From Lingula anatina (taxonomy: Eukaryota > Animalia > Brachiopoda): a stretch of DNA of 64,000 bases. The stretch covers positions 18,018,651 to 18,082,650 of the forward strand of contig CM120647.1 in the NCBI GenBank assembly GCA_051362555.1, read 5' to 3'. Position 1 is the first letter of the stretch, and every line of letters begins with the position of its first letter. Under the pieces are notes generated by a model, which saw nothing but the letters and a program-made list of their open reading frames with translations, ran no database searches and had not been told where the DNA came from. A program made the position numbers and the translations under genes. Below, piece by piece: positions 12,318 to 24,175 of the stretch.

Positions 12318-14104
12318 TGAAAAATATCTGGATGGTTTTGGTATCTTGTTTAATCGAGTCAACTATTTCTTGGAATGCTATGTGTAATTTCCTTCCATTG
12401 GAAGAGATAGCCATTCAGATGGTAAGCTCTTTTGGATACTGAATTAGCTAATTAGCTAGACCAGAAAGTGAGTGTTAAGGTTGATTTTTTGTTGAGTTCC
12501 TCTAGAGAGAGGGGATTTCAAATGTCATTTATAATACCATTGATGTAAAATAAACCATTTTACACCATCTTTTATGGTTTTTCCATTTCTTTCAATTTTT
12601 TAGTTTTGACATAATGGTTATGATAGGATTTCATCTAGGGTTAAATTGGGATTTTCCTGAATTTCACTCAAAGAACCAATAATTGCTAAAAGGGATTAGA
12701 AGTTGCTTTTAGTATTTTTAATCCACCTATTGTTACTACCGATTCCTGACATTTCACCAAGAAAAACGCTTTCCACCTACTCTTCTTTTCATCATAAAGA
12801 AGTCTTTTAGACCATGTAAATTTTAGGGCCTTGGTAAAAAAATTATTTGCGGTACCTTTTACCGTCCATTTTTGTAATCAGACGTCATCCTTGCTCATTT
12901 TAATTTGAATCTTTTCCCATTCCCGACAAAGTTAAATATGATATGCAAATTTTTAAGTATTGAGGGAGGGGGGCTCGCAGGGGAATTTATATATACACTT
13001 AGATGAGAAATACTAAAGGTTTAACCACCGCGGACTTTCCTATTATTGAAAGGTTTCTCAGAGACCAGATTTCCAAGATATTTTTCTTTTTTTTTTTCAA
13101 TATTTTCTAAAAAGCTTTTTCACATTTTTTTATCAGTTTCTTTTCTCTACCAAGTAACTAAAATACACCTTCATGGTTCTATTTTAATTCTTTTTGTTAA
13201 TTAATGAAGTTCAAAGGTTTCTGTTCACACCCAAAGGCCGTTCTAGATGCCATATCTTACTTCCACCAAGGCTGCTCTACAACAATGTAAAAGAAGAGTA
13301 ATCTTGCAAGATTAACATATCTGAATCAGCACTACGGTGCCATGTCATCAGATACCATGTGCTCACTCTGGTTGGACTTGTACGGAACTGTGGACCCTTG
13401 TGGACACGTTTGCCAGAAACTATATTGTTCTGTCCATAGTTGCTGCATTGTGCATGTAGGTGCAGATGTAGAGGCTGACAATGTGCAAGGGCAAAATGCA
13501 CTGTGTATTGCACACGCAAGGGAGATTTTAAAGCCTTAACTATTGCAAAGTTTTATAAAGAGTTGTAAGGTGAAGAAAACATGGAAATGACTGGTTACTA
13601 ACTTTGAACATGCTGCCTTAAGTATCTGCAGCGGCAATGTTTTTGATCGGATGTGTGGAAACTTCACACAATTGTTTCAACTAACTGGATAAAAAGTTGA
13701 ATATTTGCTCTAAAGTGTAGTTCCTAGCTAGTAGTAGAGATTTGCCTTACTTAACAGACTAACGCAACTTTAAATGCTTGTTGCTAGGGTAATATGCTGC
13801 CTAGCACCTGTTGCTAAGGTTAATTAGGATTTTAATTGCCTTAAAATAGTCTAGTGATAGTTCTGATGCTCTGAAAAATTGTTATTAGCATTTATAAATC
13901 ATTTAAACAGGGCAAGAAAGGTCTAATTAGCTTGTTACTAAGGAAATTCACTTCCATAGCAACGGTTGCTAAGCAACGCTTTGAAATTTTGGGTACTACC
14001 CTTGAAAATGATCAGCATAGTCCAAAGAACATTTGTGCCAAGTTTCATGCTTTTTCCACATTCTGAGCAATTTGACCAATATATAGCACCAGTCATCCAG
14101 ACTA
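11446..14104 (+). mobile_element. Internally deleted Academ-like DNA transposon with ~320-bp TIRs, in intron 1 of TMEM205 copy 2
   Basis: 11446-~11770 is the inverted complement of ~13775-14104, with TAGT..ACTA termini. Flanks duplicate ATATCA, and the empty site (tctggtatcagggtttt) is present in copy 1 at ~7921. 13240-13530 (+) reads, through stops and frameshifts, LDAI..STKAALQQCKRRVILQ..HSGW..WTRLPE..LLHCACRCRC..CTVYC, resembling the Cys-rich C-terminus of Academ transposases. Confidence 0.7.
11850..13190 (-). mobile_element. Decayed L1/Tx1-type LINE ORF2 3' fragment nested in the Academ-like element
   Basis: Minus-strand fragments such as FCTFFWDCPHVKNVW (zf-RVT-like FWxC motif) and IIGKSAVVKPL; many stops; A-rich sense strand. 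Boundaries approximate. Confidence 0.55.
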
Positions 14105-14247
14105 TATATCAGGGTTTTCTAAAAAAAGTATACAAAATTTAAGTATGAGCGACACAAAAATTGTTAAAGATTACAAAAACATTCTGTGCCCAGAGAGTAA
14201 CGACGGTGTCCTTTCACAGTTTTTACAGTTTTCTCCTTCTCATCTAG

Positions 14248-14633
14248 GGCGTGGCTAGTTCTGGTCACATGTCTGGTCACGTGTGTGTCTGTTGTGTTCG
14301 GGGGAGATGGAGAGGAGCCTAGTTCACCGGGGACGTTCATTAAGTTTCTTCACCTCACAGCTATCTCCTCACATGTCGGGATGCAAGTATGGGTGTCATT
14401 TGTATCAGGTGTCTAATGATAGTTTTTATTTATTTCAAATGATATAATTTAAGTGTTTTGTTTTATAGATTTAACATTTATCTATTATATATATATATGT
14501 ATTGCTGTCTTCATAACCTATACTCATTAACTTAGATATTTATTTATGGATTTCATTTACATCCTTTATTAGCTTCAAACTTCAAACCCCTTTCAGTCAA
14601 AAATAAGATTGATTTTCATGTATAGTTTAAGTA

Positions 14634-14714
<81 letters not shown>

Positions 14715-15869
14715 CTTAATAATAATTATTATTATTATTTGCATTAGATGTTTTGTTTAAGTGTTGCATTATACTGGTACAAGACTTGAAGTCCTTTATT
14801 AAATTATTTATCCATCTTATCTCCAGGTGTACTTCTGTTGAATATCACGTCCAGACACACCTTTGGCCACGTACAAAGTTACATGTTCCCAGCGTATTTT
14901 GGGTTAGGATCTGCTTTAGAAGCCGTTGCCTTGGCAACCTTTTTATATGCCCATAACAGTTGGATCTGGGATAGGAGTGTCAAAGTCCAGGTGGGTCAAC
15001 GCTCTAGGTGCGATTTTAACTTAAAGCAATAATAACTCTTCCTTTGAGATTCAAAATACCGCAAGAAATACATTGTAAACAACGCATGGAAATATATTAT
15101 ATTGCATTTTACCACTTAAACGGCTGTTATTGTAGTAAAACTAAAATCTGTGCTTGTCAATAGGGGTTTCGATGCCTTTCTTCCCGGTCGTCAAGGCATC
15201 CGTTGCCAATGACCTTGGGGTGTCACGCGGATTTTCGCGTTGATTCGAGACCAAAATAACATATGGCGCCATAAGAAAGTAGACGCGTGATGCAACCTCA
15301 GACGTAAGTTGCGAGTTTTTTGTACAGTGTGTCGGAAAACAAAAAGCCCAGAACTGCACACATTGTAGATATAAATGCATTTTGAGCAATAAGACGAATA
15401 TATATCTTATGAATATTATATTATTGTTATATAGTGTTGTTGTTGTCTGCTTTTCCCGCGGTTTTATGTAGGTCACCAGAAAATATCGCTCGATATCGCG
15501 TGACTATGCAATGTTAGAGAGGGCTGCGTCAGTTAAAATCTCTTAAGAGAACGTTTAGGTAAAAAACCCTGGACTAACTTTGAATGCAGGAATTGGGTCG
15601 CTGACCATTGGTAAGTAAGGGAAAATTGTCGTTTACTCCAGAAAATCCAATTTTTGGCCAAAACGAAGAGTTATTATGACTTAAATTTAAGTAATACATA
15701 ACAGTGAAATGCGTTATTAGAAAGGCAGTCGAAAATTCCCTTTTTTTTTTCCATTAAGATAATCAGTATAACTGTTCGGAGAGCATGATGTATTCTTCTC
15801 AGGCAACAAAATTTATTCATTGACATACATATCCTTCCTTAAAAATTCCATTCCTATTTTTTCTTTACT

Positions 15870-15903
<34 letters not shown>

Positions 15904-16268
15904 ACCTGCGGTTTTCGTATGGTCCTAAATGAACCTGTCTGTTTTATCTCAATTTGAAGGCATCAGCTCTAGCAGTGACCTTTGTCTGTTCCTTGGTGGA
16001 ACTAGTCTTCGTTGCCCCCATCAATGTAGACATCATGACCAGAATGTTCAAAATCGAGTGCGATAACGACATCGGGAGTGTTGGCGTGGCAACAAGCCCG
16101 GAAGTTCGCGAGCGGATCTCTGATTTGAGGGCTCGTGACGTGACGTATGCAGGAACCTACAGAAGGTTTTTCAAATGGCACGGGATCAGTGTTTTGCTGA
16201 ATATGATTGCAACAGCTGCCAATCTGCTATATTTGTTCTACATGACCTCCAAGTTGCAGAGTCTGTGA
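14248..16268 (+). CDS. TMEM205: TMEM205-like copy 2 (exons 2-4; first exon uncertain)
   Basis: Exons 14248-14408, 14827-14990 and 15960-16268 have the same lengths (161/164/309 nt) and phases as copy 1 and no stops. No MAVD-type first exon lies directly upstream. Confidence 0.88.
14639..14712. repeat. (TA)n microsatellite
   Basis: Long pure TA run; similar runs at ~28382-28436 and ~50988-51036. Confidence 0.9.
15025..15680. mobile_element. Kolobok-like MITE (family C) with an extra internal segment, in intron 3 of TMEM205 copy 2
   Basis: TTAA flanks and ATAATAACTCTTC/GAAGAGTTATTAT inverted termini. Absent from the equivalent intron of copy 1. Confidence 0.65.
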
Positions 16269-16997
16269 TTCTAGAGATTCTGGGACGTATTTTTACCTAT
16301 TGGTAGTCAAGTTCATGAGAGAACACAGAATGACGTAGATTTAGAAGTAAATAACCTTCAGTTTCAGCGAACCAAAGAGGACATTTATACAAAAGGTTTT
16401 TTTTTTCATAAAATAACCAAATTTAAACAATTGAAAATTGTTGTAGATGAGCACTTTTCGTCCTTAACTTTGTATTAACACTTTTATTGACAATTTGATT
16501 TAGACCCAATGACTGCACTTTCATTTAGGCCAGTAGAGAACAGAGAATAAAACAGGTTCATACGAAATGACGTTAACTTGTTTTATAAGTTTTTTTATGG
16601 GCGGCGCGCTGGAGCTAAGCCTTTTAAAACAACATAAGAATACAAGGCAGGCGCACTGAACCTTATAAAACCACTTGTCTTGTTCGTACAGTATACGTGG
16701 CGGAGTGGAAATATTCTAATAAAAGCGTCTTTTAACTTGTAACAGAAGTAGAATAAATTATTAAAAAGACACATTTGGTTAATCAGTTGATAGATTGCTT
16801 GTTTTTATCGCGCTTTGAAGGGAACAGGAGGCGTATGAATATTTTATAATGTCGAATCACTTATGAACGTTTACCAAAAACGGCGAACGCACAGGTAGAG
16901 AGGTGTTCAGTTTGGGAGGTTTGAAGGATTGCAAGCAGAGCCAGACTTTTTAAAAGAGGAATAATAGTAGATAGTAATTGGGACTGTCCCTAAACTA

Positions 16998-18649
16998 CAG
17001 GGTTACCACTTAATATGGAATATTATTTTTTGGCGAGTAAAGTTTCTACAAAATATGTAATTTCTCTCTAACTACTTTAAATCCAAAGCTGAGGTGTCAC
17101 TCCATGTGTAGCCAGGTGTGTTACCTTATTACCACACAACTCTCGAAACAATTGATGCATGCAGTTGCATGTTCTGTGGTCATAAATGTGAGGGGTGGTC
17201 TTTTCGGCAATTTCTGCCCTTGTATAAAAACGCATGGGTTTGGTCAATCTTTGGAGTGTGTTTTGAGAAGCAACAAAGGGGTCGCTCTGAAACTTGACAG
17301 GTACCTTATTGAAGATATGGTTCGACAGCTAAGCAACGCAGCTTACTAAGGGACTCTTGCTCTCAGAGAAAATGTCCAGAAACGGACAGCCATTGCCAGG
17401 TAATTCAACATTTATCAGGAACCGTTTGTAAAGTCCTCCAAAGAAATAATGCAACAGGGGCACCTACTCCAATACCTCGACCAGGGTGTCCGCGTATCAC
17501 ATCAAGAAGACAGGATCGCCTTCTCCTTAGAGGACGCCGTGCTGGCCGTACAAAGACAATCAGTGTCCTCAGAAAAAAAGAGGCAGAATGTCATTCAAAC
17601 GCCCGTTTCAAGGTCAATCGTGAACAAGAGATTACTGCAAGCCGGTTATTTTGCACGAAGGCCAGTAGGGAAACCACTGTTAACAGCAGGTTATATACAG
17701 CGACGTCTGCAATGGGCCACGTGCGTTTGCAGCCAAAACACTGGAATCACGTCGTTTTCAGTGATGAACCCAGATATGGATTTTTTAGGGTTGATGGTCG
17801 AATCCGTGTCCACCGACGTGTACGAGGGGCATAAAACGATGATTGTGTACTGCCTAGGGTGCAAGCAGGGGATTGTAACGTCTCTGTTTGGGGAGCATTT
17901 CATGTCGGTGCCCAGAACCAGTTGGTTTTTCTAAGAGGCAACCTCAGCCAGGATTCCTACAGAGACATTCTACAGCAAACGATGCTTCGATTGGTAAGAG
18001 CCATCTTCAGGAACAACTTTGTGTACCAAGACGACTGCGCAATCCACATCGAGGCCGCAGAATCACTGTTTTTCTTCAAAACCAATGGGTTCAGCAACTG
18101 CCCTGGCCTGCAAACTCTCCAGATATGAACCCAATTGAAAATCTTTGGGCAAAAGTAACTCACAGAGTTAATAGCTATGGTCATCGGCCGATAAATAGTG
18201 ATGAACTGCGACAGGCAAATATCACTGCGTGGAATGATATCCCCATCCAAACTCCAAAAAACGTGTTACAGTGTATGCCATGTAGGATGAGGGCGCTGCA
18301 AGCGGCTGCTGGAGGTCATACCCGCAATTATTGACTTTTCATGATTTACTGTAGTGAGTTCTTTGACTGTGTAACATATCACTGTCCGGAGGCTATCATT
18401 TACTTTAATATCTTAGCTTAAAGTTAATACTGACATCAAACTGTTGTTAAGGTTTTCTGGGGGTGTTCCTTACTTTTGAATGGCATCTTATGTCAGATTT
18501 GATATCATTGACCAAATTATCTCACAACAGAAGACTGGATGTTTTTATTACTCAGTGGCATACTTTTTTAATGACTCAAGCCAAAAAAAATTAATCAGTA
18601 CTCAAAAATAAAAATGATAAAAAATATTCCATATTAAGTAGCAACCCTG
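16998..18649 (+). mobile_element. Tc1-family (DD34E) DNA transposon, full length but with a disrupted transposase
   Basis: TA-flanked TIRs CAGGGTTACCACTTAATATGGAATATT / AATATTCCATATTAAGTAGCAACCCTG; ~1.65 kb. Fragments GYFARRPVGKPLLT, VFSDE, VSVWGAF, FVYQDD, WPANSPDMNPIENLW and AAGGHT are spread over several frames. Confidence 0.92.
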
Positions 18650-18714
18650 TATACAGGATTTTTATGCAAAAGGCAATTTGCTCTGACACACGAGAGCCTG
18701 CATTCGTTTTCGAT

Positions 18715-18800
18715 TGCGGGGGCGATTTGAACTCGTGACTTGTCGTTACCATCGTTTGCTAATGGTTTGGTATTTCGATACCGACTGCGCCGTGACTGCA
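18715..18800 (-). mobile_element. Possible tRNA-derived SINE head (Pol III A/B boxes)
   Basis: Minus strand CGGCGCAGTCGG (A-box-like, 18781-18792) followed about 45 nt later by GAGTTCAAATC (B-box, 18724-18734). I could not build a full cloverleaf. Confidence 0.4.
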
Positions 18801-21010
18801 CCGCTCACTTTCCTACTTACGAGTTTCCTCGTATAGTAGTCAAATAGACCGCGAGCCGTACATTTACATATGTATTTCATCCCGCGCATCGCCAGTCTGC
18901 GAACAAGATATTATCCTCAGCGTTGTGTTCAAGTTCATCATGCACACGAGCACTTATTTGAGAAGCCGAAAAGGTGCGCTCCTAGATACAATTTTTATTT
19001 TCTTTTTTGCTATGACAGGGGCGGATCCAGGATTTTTTGAAGGGGTGGGGGGGAGGTCCGCAGATGTGAAGTCGACCTCCCCCCTTGGTGCGCGGTCCGG
19101 GACCCGCTGAAGGGACCGGGAAAATGGTATTTAAGAGGGCGAACGGTGCCACTTGGTACGGTTTAGAACTATGAATCAGCTAGTAAAAATTCAGAGGGGA
19201 CCATTGGTGTGATTTTTTTTTTTCAGATATCAAAAGCTACTGAATCAATTCAAGTTTGGTCGCTTTTATTGAAAAGTCTGCCCGGAACGTTCCTAGTTAG
19301 ATGACTTCATATGCTTTTACTTTCATTTTGTTTTACACTGAGATTACTGAGATTATATGTAAACTGATTTTGACTTCACCTGTGACGTTATAGAGCACGA
19401 CGAGAGCCAAAGCGGTTCACACCTGAGCGATTTAAGTTTTGAGTAGTTATGCCTCTTGTTATGTCGACTGCGGGGTTGCCCCAGGGACTGTATGATCATA
19501 TGAACAATCTTGATAAGCAGGGGCCCTCGGGGGGGGGGGCATGAAAAAAAGAACAACATGTTTGGGTGAAGCAAAAGGGGCGACGTGACTTTTGAAAAAA
19601 ATATACTTCCTGCTGAGAAGATAGCACTTTTTGTTGAAGGGCAGTATGACATGCATGCCGCCATGCCGCTATTGACTCCATTCAAATTTAATCTGTGCCT
19701 TAGATGGTAAAGGACAGAGAACTCTGACCATCCCCGAATTAGCTTCATTTTAAAGACTTTAAAAGTGAATAGAAAGGAAGAGTTTAAGATAATGACCATC
19801 AATAATTTTTTTTCAAATCGATTTCTTATTCTAAACTATACTGGCCTTTTTTTCCCGTGACTTCCCGATTGCAGGGCCAGGGCGTTGCTGTAACGGACTG
19901 TTTTTTTTTTTTTTTTTTTTTTTCTTGCAGCTGAGCACTTCAATGACAGCGCTGTGCCTGACCCACCCGCCCACCTGATATACGTTTTACTTCTTATAGT
20001 AATAAAATGTAATTTTCAGAAATCATATGTAGCAAAAATACTGCTTCTCACACTCTAGCATTCGAACGCGCGTACAAGGGTATCTCTGTAGTTTAAGACA
20101 GCGGAATTACCACGGAGCCGTGGGAGTTTCGTTATTGACTTAAGATCAAATGGAAACTTTCTACCTTGTCACGCAGAGGACCAGTTTGATTGTACATGTT
20201 TATATCTGCAATTACAACGAAGCCTTGTTTGAGAAGACGACACGGGACGTTTTGTGACTTCGTTTTGTGCTGAGATTTAGTTTAGATTCACCTATGACGT
20301 TTAACAGCACAATTAGATCAAAGGCGGCCCACACCGGAACGGTTTGGGGTTAAGCAAGCCCTATAAGAAGAGAGAATCATTTCAAAACGTGCAAACCTGT
20401 AAAAGCAATTGCATCGATTCGAAATTTGAGAAAAATATATTTGACAAATAATTCTGCAAAGAAGACACATTTTTTCTGCTGAACGCGATATACAGGTGAT
20501 AGGACAGAAGCAGATCCAGGATTTGAAAGGGGGGTTAGGGTTTTTTAGGAATGACAGGCCTCGGATTCGAAGCCGCCCCTTGGCCCCCTTGTGGTGGGGT
20601 TTGGGGCCCACTAACAGGCCCCAAAATATTTTGGTGTTTTGAAGGTCAAACGGTTATATTTGGAATGGTTAAGAACTATATATCAGCTAGTTAAAACCAA
20701 ATGTCAAGAGGGGGAATATTAGTGTGATTTTTTCAGAAACCGAAGGACCTCCTGACCCCCCTCCCCCCTTTAAATCCGCCACTGCGCAGATGTCACTCTT
20801 ATCACAACCAGGTACGTTAAAACTATAGGCGCGGGCGAGCGTGTGGGAGGATGGTGCTGTAAGGCTACGAATGATTATGAATAACAAAATATATGAGAGA
20901 GAAACTAGAAGAAATGCAGCTAGTATGGAGATAGGCAGCCACTAAAGATTTATCATATGGCACAAAAACATCTGTTCAGAGCTTCCTTAGGTTTATATTT
21001 GCCACTGTCA

Positions 21011-21164
21011 ACCTGGGCTCCGTATCTCGAAAGGTTCGCTATGTTGCGCACGTGCGCAAGCGTCTCGATTCCATGGCCCCGTATCTCGAAAGAATCGGTT
21101 ATGGAATCGAGACACTTGCGCACGTGCGCAACATAGCGAACCTTTCGAGATACGGAGCCCAGGT
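21011..21164. repeat. Near-perfect foldback/MITE: 64-bp arms, 26-bp spacer
   Basis: 21011-21074 is the reverse complement of 21101-21164 with one mismatch. Each arm contains the palindrome TTGCGCACGTGCGCAA. Confidence 0.85.
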
Positions 21165-21619
21165 CACTCGACTGCTTGCACTGAAAGCAGGGGCGGATCC
21201 AGGATTATTTGAAGAGGGGGTTCCAGAACGACTGGCCTCGGATACAAAGCCGACCATCGCCCCTTTGGTGTGGGGTTCGGGGCCTGCTCAAAGGCCCCTA
21301 AATATTTTTGGTGTTTTGGAGAGTAAACAGTGCCCTTTGACAGAACTATGATTTAGCTAGTCAAAATTCTCATTTCGAGAGGGGAATATTGGTGTGATGT
21401 ATTTTTTAGAAACCGAAGAGGGGTTAGGACACCACGACACCCCTTCTTAATCCGCCACTGCCGTACTAGTGCACCTGGAATGGTATGATTTTGCCAATAA
21501 TTATTTCAGATAATGAATTATGTTACATGGTCTTAAACATTAGCAAACATCTAACCATCGCAACAAATAAACTAAGCAGAGCGTTTCAAGTTGTCTCAGT
21601 GCAAAAGCTTAACCGAGTG

Positions 21620-22135
21620 CAGTATTCACAGTCAACAAATTTGATTAAGTCCAAGGCCATGCTTCCTTTTCGGTAGCAAAGGCACGGTTCGATGACAGTG
21701 TATTAAAATAAGCGAGGAAGGAATACTAACTACAGCTTGATGTACAAAAATAGTTAACTTTTTTCATACGTTTTTCTTGGGCTGTAAGAGAGATCGGCCA
21801 TAAATCAAACTATTACGTAAATTTTTATTTACAGTGCCTAAGTAATCTTGTTTATCTGGATCTTTTATTAGCCAATGATAGGAACCAAAACAAAATGGTG
21901 GGCTAAATTTTCCCAAAGAGAAACCCAATGGTTTTTATTTCGACATTTATCCCAGTTTTTGATTGGTTGCCAAATAGAATAAGTATAAGAATGTTAAGGA
22001 TGTTTCTCATGATGTCGTGGGATTTCCATAGAACATGGCAGTTGACAGGTAATTCGGAAACCAGTTCTCTGAGATTCGCAAGCTTGTTGGCTGAATTGAA
22101 ACATCCTGTGGTATAATGTGGGTAGATGTGCACAA
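21620..22135 (+). promoter_or_regulatory. Duplicated CREBL2/TMEM205 promoter block, copy 2, with TMEM205 first exon (22035-22048)
   Basis: Colinear similarity to 6290-6870, including CCAAT boxes and ATG GCA GTT GAC AG|gtaatt. Confidence 0.75.
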
Positions 22136-22145
22136 GATATAAGAT

Positions 22146-22684
22146 TGTTATTTCAAAATAATAAATTTATTGGGAGGAAAGGAGTCTCTGAGGTGGCCGC
22201 GCATACGCAGTTACTAGTAGATCTGAATCGCGTACGCACAAGGCTGGAAGAGCAATTGCGGGAATAGCTGAGGTCCACTAATCTTTCGCGATAGCGTCCA
22301 CGTGAACACCTGAACCGAATACTGACCAATGTCCAGCAGAGCTACGACCAGCGAGACGACATCAGTCAAGTGAAAGAGAAGTTTGTCGGTAAGTACGACA
22401 ACGCCCCCCACCACCCAACACCAGAGCCGAGAATGGGTAAGTACCATTTATAATACAAACAAATAATAATCTTCAATTAAATATTAATAGTAGTGGCGTT
22501 TTTACATACACCTTATGCCATCATTACTATCAGTTTACCAGAAAGGAAGGCACATATATATAAAGTATGATAACAAATTACAAAATCAAGCGCGGCCGGC
22601 TCACGACTCCTATCCTCCAATGTTTAAGGATATTCGTAAACCTTGTGTAAACTGACAATTGGCATAACCGAGCTATTGCGAACA
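22146..22684 (-). mobile_element. Possible solo LTR (TGTT..AACA, ~540 bp)
   Basis: Insertion relative to the paralogous promoter blocks; TG..CA ends; minus-strand AATAAA near one end. No clean TSD. Confidence 0.35.
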
Positions 22685-22864
22685 ATAAATTTTATACTAC
22701 CAGTAAAGTAGTGTATACAGTAAAAGTACGGTATCTTCTAATCTCTGACCACAGGGGTCGCCCGTAGTTTTTCTCACAAAACTGTTGAGTTATCTCTTCT
22801 TCAATCAGTTCTCTTTGGAACAGGCTAGGCTAGTGCTTGGACCCCAGTGATGTCAGAGGGTAGT

Positions 22865-23181
22865 CAGGCCTACCCAACTACCAGACTCGGCACCGAATGA
22901 TCCTGAATTTACCGGTAGATCAGACCACACTACCCGTTTTCAAGGTGTGTGTCAGATCGCATTACACAGTATCAGACGCCACACCGCTCTTGCCTAGTAC
23001 GCGATGTGATAGTGACGATTCTCAGCGGGGTTGAAAAACATTGCATCACCACTCAGAATTTATTCAGGGTATGATACTGTGTAATGCGATCTGACACACA
23101 CCTTGAAAACGGGTAGTGTGGTCTGATCTACCGGTGCATTCAGGATCATTCGGTGCCGAGTCTGGTAGTTGGGTAGGCCTG
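22865..23181. mobile_element. Young foldback MITE with 110-bp TIRs and a 5-bp TSD
   Basis: Arms 22865-22974 and 23072-23181 are reverse complements with about 2 mismatches; CAGG..CCTG termini; GTAGT duplicated on both sides. Confidence 0.88.
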
Positions 23182-23689
23182 GTAGTAGAAGATGTGTATA
23201 TACATATATGATATTTATTTATTTAAAGCAGCCTGAGATTTTAATGCATATTGTTTTGTATATTTTACATTTATTTATTCATTATATTTGTTGTTAGTTG
23301 ATTTCTATACTATTTAGTTTAATGAAAACCTGTAATTAGGGGCTCATAAATCCATAACAAAAGCATTTAAACCAAAATGACGACATGGTATTGTTGCCCA
23401 TTGACTTGTAGGCAACTATGCCAATTTTCGTGGTAAAATGTTGTTTAAGGATGAAAATACCAGTACGCCCCATACCAATTGCTATCTCACCTCAAAACAG
23501 AAAGATGTTTAACCGACGATAAAACCTTTGAGTTGCCTATGCTTACACACTGCATCAAGAAATATAAACGCCAATATTTTATATTTTCGAGGGCATTTTC
23601 ATTATTTTAAATCAGCAAAAAGGTTTCGGTATCTGGATGATAATAAAGGCTTACAATACCCTTAAATAAGAAGCTTAACTGATTGCGGT

Positions 23690-24175
23690 ATTCAACACGC
23701 ACAGTCAACAAATTTAATTAAGACCAAGGCACGTTCCAATGACAATGTGCTCAAACTAGCGAGGAAAGAATACCAACTACAGCTTGATGTACAAGAAATA
23801 TTTAACCTTTTGCTCCCGATTTTTTTACGCCCGTGTTTTTGAGAGGAGGACCGGCCATAAATAAAACTATCACGTGAATTCTATTAACAGTGCCCAAGTT
23901 GTCTTGTTTATCTGAATGTCTTATTAGCCAATGACGTGGACCAACACAAAGTGGTGGGCTAAATTCTCCCAAAGAAAAACCCCATTGGTAGTTATTTCGA
24001 CCTTTAACCCAGTTTTTGATTGGTTGCTAAAAAGAATAAGTATTACAATTTCAAGGATGTTTTTACATGACGTCGTGGGGTTTTCATAGGACATGGCAGT
24101 TGACAGGTAATTCGGAAACCAGTTCTCTCACATCTACCAGCTTTTTGTCTTGATTGAAATATCCTTTGGTATAAT
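23690..24175 (+). promoter_or_regulatory. Duplicated CREBL2/TMEM205 promoter block, copy 3, with TMEM205 first exon (24093-24106)
   Basis: Colinear similarity to 6290-6850 and 21620-22135; CCAAT boxes, CCAATGACGTGG, ATG GCA GTT GAC AG|gtaatt. Confidence 0.75.

Noticed and set aside
18715-18800. tRNA gene
   Set aside because: A/B boxes are present but there is no convincing acceptor or anticodon stem; kept only as a low-confidence SINE head.
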